48,569 nucleotides of DNA from an uncultured Thermoanaerobaculia bacterium. Its GTDB lineage: Bacteria; Acidobacteriota; Thermoanaerobaculia; Multivoradales; JAGPDF01. Under the pieces are notes generated by a model. It was not told the origin of the DNA. It was given only the letters and a program-made list of their open reading frames with translations, and did not search any database. Within the stretch, counting starts at the first letter, position 1; every line of letters begins with the position of its first letter. A program made the position numbers and the translations under genes. Shown piece by piece: positions 39,456-48,569 of the stretch. The stretch covers positions 1 through 48,569 of the forward strand of contig CAZPYU010000040.1 in assembly GCA_964590905.1 (NCBI GenBank). Reading direction: 5' to 3'.

Positions 39456-40753
39456 TGGCTTTCGAGCGGGTGTTGACGCGCAACGTCGGTCGCGCCGCGG
39501 CGCGGACGGTGAAGGGCTATCGCGAGAGCGGCGGCTACGAGGCGCTGGAGCGCGGTTTGCGGCTGCCGCCAGAAGAGATCATCGCAGAGGTCAAGAGCTC
39601 GGGCCTGCGCGGCCGGGGCGGGGCCGGCTTCCCCTGCGGCACCAAGTGGAGCTTCGTTCCGAGAGCGAGCGACAAGCCGAAGTACATCGTCTGCAACGCC
39701 GACGAGTCGGAGCCGGGAACGTTCAAGGACAGGCTCCTCATGGAGCACGATCCCCACCAGCTCATCGAGGGCTGCGTCCTCGCCGGCCGCGCCGTCGGGG
39801 CGAACACGACCTACATCTACATTCGCGGCGAGTACACAGTCGCAACGCGCGTCCTGGAGGACGCGATCCGCGACGCCCACGAGCACGGAATCCTGGGCGA
39901 CAGCGTCCTCGGATCGGGGTTCAAACACGAGGTCTACGTGCACCGCGGTGCCGGCGCCTACATCTGCGGCGAAGAGACCGGCATGCTCGAATCGCTGGAG
40001 GGCAAGCGCGGGCATCCACGCGTCAAGCCGCCGTTTCCCGCTCTGGTGGGCGCCTTCGGTTGCCCGACGGTCATCAACAACGTCGAGACCCTCTGCTGCG
40101 TGACCCACATCGTGCAGCGCGGAGCCAACTGGTTCAAGTCGATCGGCACCAACGAGCGCAACACCGGTCCCAAGCTCTACGCCATCTCCGGCCACGTCGA
40201 GCGTCCGGGAACTTACGAGCATCCGATCGGCATCTCTTTCCGCGAGCTCCTGGACTCCTGCGGCGGCATGTACAAGCGGCGCGCTCTCAAGGCCTGGATT
40301 CCCGGTGGCGCTTCGGCGGCCATGTTGACGCCGGCCGACATCGATCTCGCGATGGACTTCGACACCCTCGCAGGTGCGGGGTCGATGCTCGGCTCGGCCG
40401 CCGTCATCGTGATGGACGAATCGACCTGCCTCGTGCGTTCGACGCTCCGTCTCGCCGAGTTCTTCGCTCACGAATCGTGCGGGCAGTGCACTCCCTGTCG
40501 CGAGGGTACGCACTGGATGCAGCTCATTCTCGAGCGGATCGAGAGCGGCCACGGCAGCGAGGCCGATCTCGACCTCTTGGCGCGCGTCGTTCCCAATGTC
40601 GGAGGAATTTCGCTCTGCGCGCTGGGCGATGCGGCGCAGGGGCCAGTCAAATCGCTGATCGAGAAGTTCGGGGACGAGATCCGCGACCACATCCGGCATC
40701 GACGCTACCCGCTGCCGCGCGCCCCCTACTTCGCTCTCGGAGCCGCCGCCTGA
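39455..40753 (+). CDS. nuoF: NADH-quinone oxidoreductase subunit F
   Basis: SGLRGRGGAGFP, CNADESEPGTFKDR, GAGAYICGEETG, ESCGQCTPCREG, CALGD; TGATG coupling. Confidence 0.97.
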   Translation: MAFERVLTRNVGRAAARTVKGYRESGGYEALERGLRLPPEEIIAEVKSSGLRGRGGAGFPCGTKWSFVPRASDKPKYIVCNADESEPGTFKDRLLMEHDPHQLIEGCVLAGRAVGANTTYIYIRGEYTVATRVLEDAIRDAHEHGILGDSVLGSGFKHEVYVHRGAGAYICGEETGMLESLEGKRGHPRVKPPFPALVGAFGCPTVINNVETLCCVTHIVQRGANWFKSIGTNERNTGPKLYAISGHVERPGTYEHPIGISFRELLDSCGGMYKRRALKAWIPGGASAAMLTPADIDLAMDFDTLAGAGSMLGSAAVIVMDESTCLVRSTLRLAEFFAHESCGQCTPCREGTHWMQLILERIESGHGSEADLDLLARVVPNVGGISLCALGDAAQGPVKSLIEKFGDEIRDHIRHRRYPLPRAPYFALGAAA

Positions 40754-42375
40754 TGCCGCGCGTGACGATCGACGACCGCAGCGTCGAGGTCGCGGCCGGA
40801 ACCAACCTGATCGAGGCGGCGCTCGCGGTTGGGGTTCAGATCCCGCACTACTGCTATCACCCGCGACTCTCGGTGGTCGGACAGTGTCGCATGTGCGTAG
40901 TCGAAGTGCAGGGCATGCCGAAGCTCCAGGCCGCCTGCTCCACCCAGGTCGTGCGCGACGGAATGGTGGTGCGCACCACCTCGCCGGCGGCGGCCGAGGG
41001 CCAGCGGGCGATCATGGAGTTTCTGCTCGTCAACCATCCGCTCGACTGCCCGATCTGCGATCAGGCCGGCGAGTGCGGGCTGCAGGACTACTCGTTCAAG
41101 CACGGCCAGGCGTTCTCGCGCTTCCGCTTCGAGGAGAAGCGGACGTTCCCCGAGAAGGAGCGCATCCCGCTCGGGCCGACCGTGATGCTGAACATGAACC
41201 GCTGCATCCAGTGTACGCGCTGCGTGCGGTTCACCGAGGAGATCTCGAAAAGCGGTGAGATCGGCTTCTTCCACCGCGGTGTGCACGCCGAGATCGGGAC
41301 CGTCGAAGGCAAGCCGCTCGACAACCCGCTGTCGACCTGCGTCGTCGACATCTGCCCGGTGGGAGCGTTGACCTCGACCCGCTTCCGTTTCGCGGAGCGG
41401 GTCTGGTATCTGGACAAGAAGCCGTCGATCTGCACCGGTTGCGACGTCGGTTGCAATATCACGCTCGAACATCGTCGCGGCGAGATCAAACGCTACAAGC
41501 CGCGCTTGAATCCCGAGGTCAACGACTACTGGATGTGCGACCACGGGCGGTCCACCCACGAGCGCTATCGCGACCAGCCGCGCTTGCACTCTCCGATGGT
41601 GCGCCGCTCCGGAAAGTTGGTGGCGACCGGATGGCGCGAGGCGATCGATGCTCTCTTCCAAGGCGTCCGCGCCAAGCGCGCCGAAGGCGTCACCGCGTTT
41701 CTCGGATCCGGCTTCTTGACCACCGAGGAAGCGTTCATGCTGGCGCGTCTCGCCGTCCTGGTCGACTCGCCACATAAGTCGATCTGGGTCGACAGCGGCC
41801 CGGCGCGCTTTATCCCCAATCCACAGGGGGGAGTGACCGGACACGACGCGGCTCCTAACCGGCGCGGAGTCGAGCTCGCCGGCCTGGTGCCGGGCGCGGG
41901 AGTTATCGACGCCCAGACGCTGCTGCTCGACAAGGGCGCCAGCGACTGCGCAGCGCTGTTCGTCGCTGACAGCGATTTCGGGAGGGCGGCGAGCGATCCC
42001 AAAGTCGTCGAACGACTTCGCCAGACGCGCCTCCTGGCGGTCATGGGGTGGGCAGACACCCCACTGGCGCAAGTCGCGGACATCGTGCTGCCGGCGGCCA
42101 CGCACGCCGAGCGCGAAGGCACTTTCGTCAACTGCCAGGGCCGCCTGCAACGCTTTGAAGCCGCCTTTCGGCCCCCGCTCGAAGTCCGCCCTGGCGTCGA
42201 GATCTTGGCCGCGGTCTTGGCCCGCTTCGAGCCGCGCTGGTCGTCGGTCTCCGCGGCGACTGTGTTCGATCTTCTCGCCGAAGAGGTGCCGGCCTTCGCC
42301 GGACTGCGATGGGCAGACATCCCGGCGGCCGGACTCCCGCTCGGCCGAAAGCTGCCGAGCGAGGCGACCGCTTGA
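40753..42375 (+). CDS. nuoG: NADH-quinone oxidoreductase subunit G (short, 540 aa)
   Basis: [49 protein letters not shown]...CDHGR; ATG 40753. Confidence 0.93.
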   Translation: MPRVTIDDRSVEVAAGTNLIEAALAVGVQIPHYCYHPRLSVVGQCRMCVVEVQGMPKLQAACSTQVVRDGMVVRTTSPAAAEGQRAIMEFLLVNHPLDCPICDQAGECGLQDYSFKHGQAFSRFRFEEKRTFPEKERIPLGPTVMLNMNRCIQCTRCVRFTEEISKSGEIGFFHRGVHAEIGTVEGKPLDNPLSTCVVDICPVGALTSTRFRFAERVWYLDKKPSICTGCDVGCNITLEHRRGEIKRYKPRLNPEVNDYWMCDHGRSTHERYRDQPRLHSPMVRRSGKLVATGWREAIDALFQGVRAKRAEGVTAFLGSGFLTTEEAFMLARLAVLVDSPHKSIWVDSGPARFIPNPQGGVTGHDAAPNRRGVELAGLVPGAGVIDAQTLLLDKGASDCAALFVADSDFGRAASDPKVVERLRQTRLLAVMGWADTPLAQVADIVLPAATHAEREGTFVNCQGRLQRFEAAFRPPLEVRPGVEILAAVLARFEPRWSSVSAATVFDLLAEEVPAFAGLRWADIPAAGLPLGRKLPSEATA

Positions 42376-43457
42376 GCCCCGAGACGATCGCCGCGCTGGC
42401 GAAGATCGGTCTCTGGGTTTTCGCCCTCCTGCAGGTCGCTCCGGCGATGCTCTGGCTCGAACGCCGGGCACCGGCCTTTATGCAGGACCGCTTAGGACCC
42501 AACCGGGTCGGCCCACTCGGTCTCCTGCAAGGGATCGCCGACGCCGTCAAGTTCATCTTCAAGGAGGACATCACCCCCGCGGGCGCCGACAAACCGCTCT
42601 ACCTCCTCGCCCCCACGCTGGCCCTGGTGCCGGCCTTGACGACCTTCCTGGTGCTCCCATTTGGACCCGAGGTCGAGATCGCCGGCCATCGCACGCCCCT
42701 GGTGGTCGTCGCATCCGACGTCGGAATCCTCCTCTTTCTAGCCCTCGCGAGCCTCGGCGTCTACTCGCTCGTTCTGGCAGGATACAGCTCGAACAACAAG
42801 TGGTCGCTGCTCGGTTCGATTCGCGCTACGGCGCAGCTCATCAGCTACGAGCTCGCCCTGACCACCGCGGTCCTCTGCGCCCTCATCCCGGCCGCCACCA
42901 TGAACCTCTCGGAGGTGGTCGACTATCAGCGCGCGCATCTCTGGCAGGTGCTGACTCAACCGATCGGCTTTCTCGTCTTTCTGGTGGCCTCGTTCGCGGA
43001 GACCAATCGACTTCCGTTCGACCTGCCAGAAGCCGAGTCGGAGCTGGTGGCCGGCTACCACACCGAATACGGTTCGATGCGCTTTGCGATGTTCTTCATG
43101 GGCGAGTACATGTCGATGACGACCCTCTCCGCGCTCGGAGTCACGCTCTATTTCGGCGGCTGGAGCCCCGGCTTCGAGCTCGAGACGGCGGCCACCTGGC
43201 TGCTGGGCGCTCCGGTCGTGGGCAAGGTGCTCTCGCTCCTCCTCTTCGGATCGGTCGGCGTGCTGGTGGCGCTCCTCGGCTTCACCGTCCTCCTGACCAA
43301 GGTCGGTCTGCTCCTCTTCTTCTTCATTTGGGTGCGCTGGACCTTCCCGCGCTTTCGTTACGACCAGCTCATGCGCATCGGCTGGAAGGTGCTCCTCCCA
43401 CTCGCCGTGCTCCAACTCGTAGCGACCGCCGCGCTCAGCGTGGCGGGAGTGCTCTGA
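42372..43457 (+). CDS. nuoH: NADH-quinone oxidoreductase subunit H
   Basis: [67 protein letters not shown]; TTG 42372. Confidence 0.96.
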   Translation: MSPETIAALAKIGLWVFALLQVAPAMLWLERRAPAFMQDRLGPNRVGPLGLLQGIADAVKFIFKEDITPAGADKPLYLLAPTLALVPALTTFLVLPFGPEVEIAGHRTPLVVVASDVGILLFLALASLGVYSLVLAGYSSNNKWSLLGSIRATAQLISYELALTTAVLCALIPAATMNLSEVVDYQRAHLWQVLTQPIGFLVFLVASFAETNRLPFDLPEAESELVAGYHTEYGSMRFAMFFMGEYMSMTTLSALGVTLYFGGWSPGFELETAATWLLGAPVVGKVLSLLLFGSVGVLVALLGFTVLLTKVGLLLFFFIWVRWTFPRFRYDQLMRIGWKVLLPLAVLQLVATAALSVAGVL

Positions 43458-43972
43458 TGGAGCTGGCCGTCTTCCTCTTGTTCGCGTTTGCCGCCCTGGC
43501 CTCGGCCGTGGTCGTCGTGACGCACCGCAAGCCGGTCTACTCGACCATGGCGTTGGTGGTCACGCTGCTGGCGACCGCGGTCCTGTTCGTGCTCCTCGGC
43601 CACCCGTTTCTGGCCGCCCTTCAGGTTCTGCTCTACACCGGAGCGATCCTGGTTCTCTTCCTCTTCGTCATCATGCTCTTGAACGTCGGACGAGAGCGGC
43701 CGACGGGAGCTCGTCTGCCGCCGCTTCTCTGGCTAGCGGCGCTCGGCGCGGTGATCTTCTTCGGCGGTCTGGGCCGCCTGCTCTGGCAGGCTCACGGAAG
43801 CGAGTTGTTGCCGCCGCTCACGCCAGCATTCGTCTCGACGAAGAGCATCGCCGAAGAGCTCTTCTCGAACTATCTCCTCCCTTTCGAGATCATCGGCCTG
43901 CTCTTGCTGGTCGCCGTCGTCGCCGCGAGCTGGGTGGCGCGGCGCGCCGAGAACGAGGAGGGCTCTGAGTGA
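43457..43972 (+). CDS. nuoJ: NADH-quinone oxidoreductase subunit J
   Basis: PVYS, LQVLLYTGAILVLFLFVIMLL, YLLPFEIIGLLLLVAVV; ATG overlaps the nuoH stop. Confidence 0.94.
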   Translation: MELAVFLLFAFAALASAVVVVTHRKPVYSTMALVVTLLATAVLFVLLGHPFLAALQVLLYTGAILVLFLFVIMLLNVGRERPTGARLPPLLWLAALGAVIFFGGLGRLLWQAHGSELLPPLTPAFVSTKSIAEELFSNYLLPFEIIGLLLLVAVVAASWVARRAENEEGSE

Positions 43973-44274
43973 CGGTTCCAGTCGCCTGGTACCTCCTCCT
44001 AGCGGCGGCGCTCTTCTCGATCGGCGTCTTCGGGGCGCTCTCGCGGCGGAACGGCATCGCGATCTTCCTGTCGATCGAGCTGATGCTGAACGCGGCGAAC
44101 CTGGTGCTGGCGACCTATTCGAGGCTGCTTGGCGATCGCGCCGGTCAGATGGTGGTTTTCTTCGCGCTCGCGGTCGCCGCGGCCGAGGCGGCGGTCGGCC
44201 TGGCGCTCTTCATCGCCATCTTCAGACTGCGGCACACAATCAACGTCGACCGCATGAACCTCCTGCGCTGGTAG
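43969..44274 (+). CDS. nuoK: NADH-quinone oxidoreductase subunit K
   Basis: LFSIGVFG, SIELMLNAANL, AVAAAEAAVGLA. Confidence 0.96.
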   Translation: MTVPVAWYLLLAAALFSIGVFGALSRRNGIAIFLSIELMLNAANLVLATYSRLLGDRAGQMVVFFALAVAAAEAAVGLALFIAIFRLRHTINVDRMNLLRW

Positions 44275-44279
44275 CCGCG

Positions 44280-46247
44280 GTGAACGCCCTCGACCTGATC
44301 TGGCTCGTCCCGCTGCTGCCGCTCCTGGGCGCCGTGGTGAACGGACTCCTGGTCAAGAGCTCCCAGAAACGGCTCGTCACCGCGGTTGGAGTCGGCTTCC
44401 CCGGCGCCTCGCTCCTCCTCGCTCTGGCGGCGATTTATCAGTACCTCGAATCCGTTCGACCGGCGGCGTTCGAGAAAATCGTCTACCCCTGGACCACCGG
44501 CCCGCTCGCTCTCGACGTCGGCTTTCGCGTCGACCCGCTCTCGGTGGTGATGCTCTTCGTGGTGACTTTCGTCGGCTTCTGGATCCACGTCTACTCGGTC
44601 GGCTACATGGGACACGACGCAGGGTATCGGCGCTACTTCGCGTATCTCAACCTGTTCATGGGGGCGATGCTGCTGCTCGTGCTTGGCAACAACTACCTGG
44701 TGCTCTTCGTCGGCTGGGAGGGGGTAGGGCTCTGCTCCTATCTCCTCATCGGCTACTACTTCGAGGAGAAGTTCCCGCCTTACGCCGGCATGAAAGCGTT
44801 CGTCGTCAACCGGATCGGCGACTTCGGTTTACTGCTCGGTCTCTTCGCTATCTGGTCGAGCTGGGGCACGCTCCACTTCGCCACCTTGAACGATCGCATC
44901 CTGGAGCGACCCGAGATCGCGCATGCGCCTTACGCGCTCGGTCTGACGACCGCCGGCTTCGCGGCGCTCTTCCTCTTCGTCGGCGCCTGCGGGAAGAGCG
45001 CCCAGATTCCGCTCCACATCTGGCTGCCCGATGCGATGGCCGGCCCGACTCCGGTGTCAGCACTCATCCACGCCGCCACCATGGTCACCGCCGGCGTCTA
45101 CATCGTGGTGCGCAGCAACCTCCTCTACCAGTTGGCTCCCGAGATCTCGGCGGTCGTCGCCTGCGTCGGCGCCACGACGGCGATCTTCGCGGCAGCCATC
45201 GCGATCGCCCAGAACGACATCAAGAAGGTGCTCGCCTATTCGACGGTGTCACAGCTCGGCTACATGTTCCTGGCGGCGGGCGTCGGAGCCTACAAGGCGG
45301 CGATCTTCCATCTCGCAACCCACGCCTTCTTCAAGGCGTGCCTCTTCCTCGGCTCCGGGTCGGTGATTCACGCGATGGGTGGCGAGCAAGACATGCGGAA
45401 GATGGGCGGACTCGGGAAGAGACTACCGTCGACCTACCGCACCTTCCTGATCTCGACCCTGGCGATCGCCGGAGTTCCGGGCTTCGCCGGCTTCTTCAGC
45501 AAGGACGAGATCCTGGGCTCGACCTTCCTGAGTCACCTGCCGGCGGCGAAGCTGCTCTGGGCGGTCGGACTGTCGACCGCCGCCCTCACCGCCTGCTACA
45601 TGTTCCGCGTCGTCTACCTCACCTTCTCCGGGGAGTTCCGCGGCACGCACGAGCAGGAGCACCACCTCCATGAATCGCCGGCGGTGATGACCGTTCCGCT
45701 TTGGATCTTGGCGATCGGCGCCATCGTCTCGGGTTGGTTCGGCATCCCCGCTGGGATGTGGGAGACGGTCGGCCTGCACGGACCCGACTGGCTCGGGCGA
45801 CTGCTTCAGCCCGTGATCGTCGCGCTCCCGGAGGGGACTACCACGGCTCATCACGCCTCGCGCGGCCTCGAGAGCCTGCTCGTCGGTGCCTCGATCGTCG
45901 CCGCCGTCGCCGGCATCCTCTTCGCCCGCAAGCTCTGGCGTGATCGCGGCCTCGCCGCCGACGAAGCCTTCTCCGCTCGGGCCCCCGCTCTCCGGCTCTT
46001 GCTCGAGGAGAGGTACCGCGTCGACGAGCTGTACGACCGCATCGTCGTACGCCCGCTCGCTCGCCTGGCGCGGATCTGCTGGAAGGTTTTCGACGAGCTG
46101 ATCATCGACGGCGGCCTCAACGTGCTGGCTTTCTTGACCGAGCTGACAGGCGACTTGGGGCGCTTCTCGACCACCGGCAACGTGCGCCAGTACGCGCTCT
46201 ACTTTTTCCTCGGCGTGATGCTCCTCTTCGGTTGGCTGGTCCTCTGA
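44280..46247 (+). CDS. nuoL: NADH-quinone oxidoreductase subunit L
   Basis: IHVYSVGYM, GWEGVGLCSYLLIG, NRIGDFG, GKSAQIPLHIWLPDAMAGPTPVSALIHAATMV, HAFFKA. Confidence 0.97.
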   Translation: MNALDLIWLVPLLPLLGAVVNGLLVKSSQKRLVTAVGVGFPGASLLLALAAIYQYLESVRPAAFEKIVYPWTTGPLALDVGFRVDPLSVVMLFVVTFVGFWIHVYSVGYMGHDAGYRRYFAYLNLFMGAMLLLVLGNNYLVLFVGWEGVGLCSYLLIGYYFEEKFPPYAGMKAFVVNRIGDFGLLLGLFAIWSSWGTLHFATLNDRILERPEIAHAPYALGLTTAGFAALFLFVGACGKSAQIPLHIWLPDAMAGPTPVSALIHAATMVTAGVYIVVRSNLLYQLAPEISAVVACVGATTAIFAAAIAIAQNDIKKVLAYSTVSQLGYMFLAAGVGAYKAAIFHLATHAFFKACLFLGSGSVIHAMGGEQDMRKMGGLGKRLPSTYRTFLISTLAIAGVPGFAGFFSKDEILGSTFLSHLPAAKLLWAVGLSTAALTACYMFRVVYLTFSGEFRGTHEQEHHLHESPAVMTVPLWILAIGAIVSGWFGIPAGMWETVGLHGPDWLGRLLQPVIVALPEGTTTAHHASRGLESLLVGASIVAAVAGILFARKLWRDRGLAADEAFSARAPALRLLLEERYRVDELYDRIVVRPLARLARICWKVFDELIIDGGLNVLAFLTELTGDLGRFSTTGNVRQYALYFFLGVMLLFGWLVL

Positions 46248-47875
46248 TGGAGCAGAGCTTCTTCGCACTGCTGACCGGAGACTCGGTGACCCGCCTGGTC
46301 TTTTTCCCGACCCTGGCCGCGTTGCCGCTGCTTCTCCTGCGCAAGGCGCCCGACCGGGTCATCAAGGGGTACGCGCTTCTAGTCTCGCTCGTCGAGCTGG
46401 CGCTGGTGGCGCTCTTCGCCTGGAGCCGATGGGACGCCGGCGGCATTCTGGTCCGCGACCCGCTGCTCGAGTGGATCTCGCTTCCCGGCCTGTCGATCGT
46501 CTACGAGGTCGGCGTCGACGGCATCTCGCTACCGCTCGTCGTCCTCACGGCGCTGCTCCTGCCCGCGGTGCTCCTCGGCTCCTGGAAGGGGATCGAGGAG
46601 CACTGGCTCGCGTTCACCGCTTCCATGATGCTCTTGACGACCGGAATTCTCGGCGCTCTGGTGGCGCTGGATCTCTTCCTCTTCTACGTATTCTGGGAGG
46701 TGATGCTGATCCCGATGTACTTCGTGATCGGCATCTGGGGCGGCGAACGCCGGGTGCGCGCCGCCGTGAAGTTCTTCCTCTTCACCATGGCCGGCAGCCT
46801 GGTGATGCTCTTGGCCATCCTCTGGATGGCCTGGTCGCGGGCTCAGATCACCGGACTCTGGAGCTTCCGCTACGACGATCTGATGGCCGTCTCGTTCCCG
46901 CTCGCGGAGCAGCTCTGGCTGTTCGCCGCCTTCGCCCTCGCCTTCGCGATCAAAGTGCCGATGTTCCCGGTCCACACCTGGCTTCCAGACGCCCACACCG
47001 AGGCCCCCACGGGAGGCTCGGTCGTCCTCGCCGGCATCCTGCTCAAGCTCGGGACCTACGGTTTCCTGCGCTTCGCCCTCCCCTTCTTCCCGCACGCCGC
47101 CGCGCAGCTCACGCCCTGGCTCCTCGGGCTCGCCATCGTCGGCATCCTCTACGGCGCGCTGGTGGCCTGGGTGCAGCCCGATATGAAGAAGCTGGTGGCC
47201 TACTCCTCGATCGCGCACCTGGGATTCGTGATGGTTGGGATCCTGGCCTGCGATCTGGTGGCCTGGCAGGGGGCGCTCCTCCAGATGGTGAATCACGGGC
47301 TCTCTACGGGAGCGCTCTTCCTTCTGGTGGGAATGCTGTACGAACGTCGGCACACCAAGAAGTTCGAAGAGTTCGGCGGTCTGGCCAAGGTGGTACCGAG
47401 ATTCTCGATCGTGCTCGTCTTCTCTACGCTGGCTTCGGTCGGTCTGCCCGGACTCAACGGTTTCGTGGGCGAGTTCCTGATTCTTCTGGGAACCTGGCGT
47501 GCCGGCTTCAGAATCGCCGCGACGCTCGCCGCCGTGGGCATCGTCTTGGCGGCGGTCTACCTGCTGCGCCTCCTCCACGACACGCTCTGGGGACCGATTA
47601 CCAGGGAGGAGAACCGCTCTCTGCGCGACCTCGACCTGCGCGAGCTCTTGGCAGTCGTACCGCTCTGCCTCTTGATGCTCTGGATCGGCGTCGCACCTAA
47701 CGGATTCCTGGAGCCCAGCCGGCCCGCGCTGCGCGACCTCCTCCACACCTATCAGGCTCGCTTGGAGGAGTCGCCGCCCGCGGAGAGGGCCACCCTGGCC
47801 TTCGTGCCGACCGGGCGAAGAGGGCGCGCCTTCGCCGCCCACACACCTGCCGACGAAGACGAAGCCCGGCGATGA
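46247..47875 (+). CDS. nuoM: NADH-quinone oxidoreductase subunit M
   Basis: GVDGISL, FYVFWEVMLIPMY, KVPMFPVHTWLPDAHTEAPTGGS, LKLGTYG, KKLVAYSS, GLPGLNGFVGE. Confidence 0.97.
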   Translation: MEQSFFALLTGDSVTRLVFFPTLAALPLLLLRKAPDRVIKGYALLVSLVELALVALFAWSRWDAGGILVRDPLLEWISLPGLSIVYEVGVDGISLPLVVLTALLLPAVLLGSWKGIEEHWLAFTASMMLLTTGILGALVALDLFLFYVFWEVMLIPMYFVIGIWGGERRVRAAVKFFLFTMAGSLVMLLAILWMAWSRAQITGLWSFRYDDLMAVSFPLAEQLWLFAAFALAFAIKVPMFPVHTWLPDAHTEAPTGGSVVLAGILLKLGTYGFLRFALPFFPHAAAQLTPWLLGLAIVGILYGALVAWVQPDMKKLVAYSSIAHLGFVMVGILACDLVAWQGALLQMVNHGLSTGALFLLVGMLYERRHTKKFEEFGGLAKVVPRFSIVLVFSTLASVGLPGLNGFVGEFLILLGTWRAGFRIAATLAAVGIVLAAVYLLRLLHDTLWGPITREENRSLRDLDLRELLAVVPLCLLMLWIGVAPNGFLEPSRPALRDLLHTYQARLEESPPAERATLAFVPTGRRGRAFAAHTPADEDEARR

Positions 47876-47879
47876 ATCG

Positions 47880-48569
47880 ATGACTCCGTCCTTCGCCGTC
47901 TCCGTGGACGAGCTGTACTCCCTGGGCCCCGAGCTCCTGCTGGCGGCGGGCGGAACGCTGCTCCTGCTCCTCGAGGCGTTCGTGCCGGTGCTGCGCCGCT
48001 CGTTCTGCTGGCTCGCTGTCGCGATCACCGCGGCGGCAGGCTGGTGTCTCACCGGGCTCGCTACCTCCTCGAGCTTCTCCGGCCTGATCGAGTCGACCCC
48101 GCTCACCCGTGCCTTCTCGCTCACCATTCTCGTCGCCACCGGCCTGGCCCTCCTCTCGTCCGACGGCTACCTGCGCCGGGAGCGACTGCTCGCCGGCGAG
48201 TATCCGGCGCTGATGCTCTGGTGCGCCACCGGCTTGCTGCTCTTGGTGCGCAGCGTCGACCTCCTCTCCATCTTCCTGGCTCTCGAGCTGCTCTCGGTCG
48301 GCCTTTACGGCTTGGCCGGCTTCCACCGCCGCCTGGCTACCTCCGCCGAGGCGGCGATCAAGTACTTCCTGATGGGCGCCTTCGTCAGCGCCTTCCTCCT
48401 CTTCGGAATCGCGCTCGTCTACGGCGAGACGGGGTCGACGCGACTCGACGGCATCGCGGCAGCCATGGCCGAAGGCCGCGGCGCGCCCGGTCTCCTGGCG
48501 GTCGGCCTGCTGCTCCTGGTCGCCGGCTTCGCGTTCAAGCTCGCGCTGGTGCCGTTCCACGCCTGGGCG
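47880..48569 (+). CDS. nuoN: NADH-quinone oxidoreductase subunit N (3' truncated; missing from the ORF track because it has no stop in the window)
   Basis: My translation from ATG 47880: MTPSFAVSVDELYSLGPELLL...GEY...LALELLS...EAAIKYFLMGA...GFAFKLALVPFHAW. Confidence 0.93.
   Translation, partial: MTPSFAVSVDELYSLGPELLLAAGGTLLLLLEAFVPVLRRSFCWLAVAITAAAGWCLTGLATSSSFSGLIESTPLTRAFSLTILVATGLALLSSDGYLRRERLLAGEYPALMLWCATGLLLLVRSVDLLSIFLALELLSVGLYGLAGFHRRLATSAEAAIKYFLMGAFVSAFLLFGIALVYGETGSTRLDGIAAAMAEGRGAPGLLAVGLLLLVAGFAFKLALVPFHAWA

Overview
High-GC bacterial chromosomal segment, most consistent with Acidobacteriota (inference from the fused LptF-LptG, an HprK-containing rpoN operon and overall gene style). 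It is almost entirely housekeeping. Left to right: (1) lptA-like/lptB-rpoN-hpf-hprK-rapZ-EIIA(Man)-HPr-EI, cupin, lipoprotein and miaB, all on +; (2) a 28-bp XerC/XerD dif-like site at 10185-10212, sitting at the strand switch directly behind a non-canonical parA-parB pair, then a DUF151 nuclease and an animal-type PTPS gene; (3) lptF-lptG fusion, metK, YjjX-like, TrmH, a Thr-type sulfatase-like lipoprotein and etfAB; (4) tolQRAB-pal-cpoB and rpsT; (5) a long minus-strand run der-merR-tRNA-Pro-SDR-membrane protein-ribH-nusB-transglutaminase-leuS-lptE; (6) tRNA-Leu followed by a ketosynthase-less GT2/deacetylase/FabG/ACP/hot-dog cassette; (7) a nuo operon (A,E,F,G,H,J,K,L,M,N) that cleanly lacks nuoB, C, D and I. 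I saw no CRISPR, IS, integrase or prophage. The strongest candidate for an undescribed system is the ParAB pair at the presumed replication terminus (dif) rather than at oriC. Its ParB has an altered DNA-recognition region, and a parS-sized 16-bp perfect palindrome lies upstream of the parA promoter. All family calls come from motif recognition by eye; no database searches were run.
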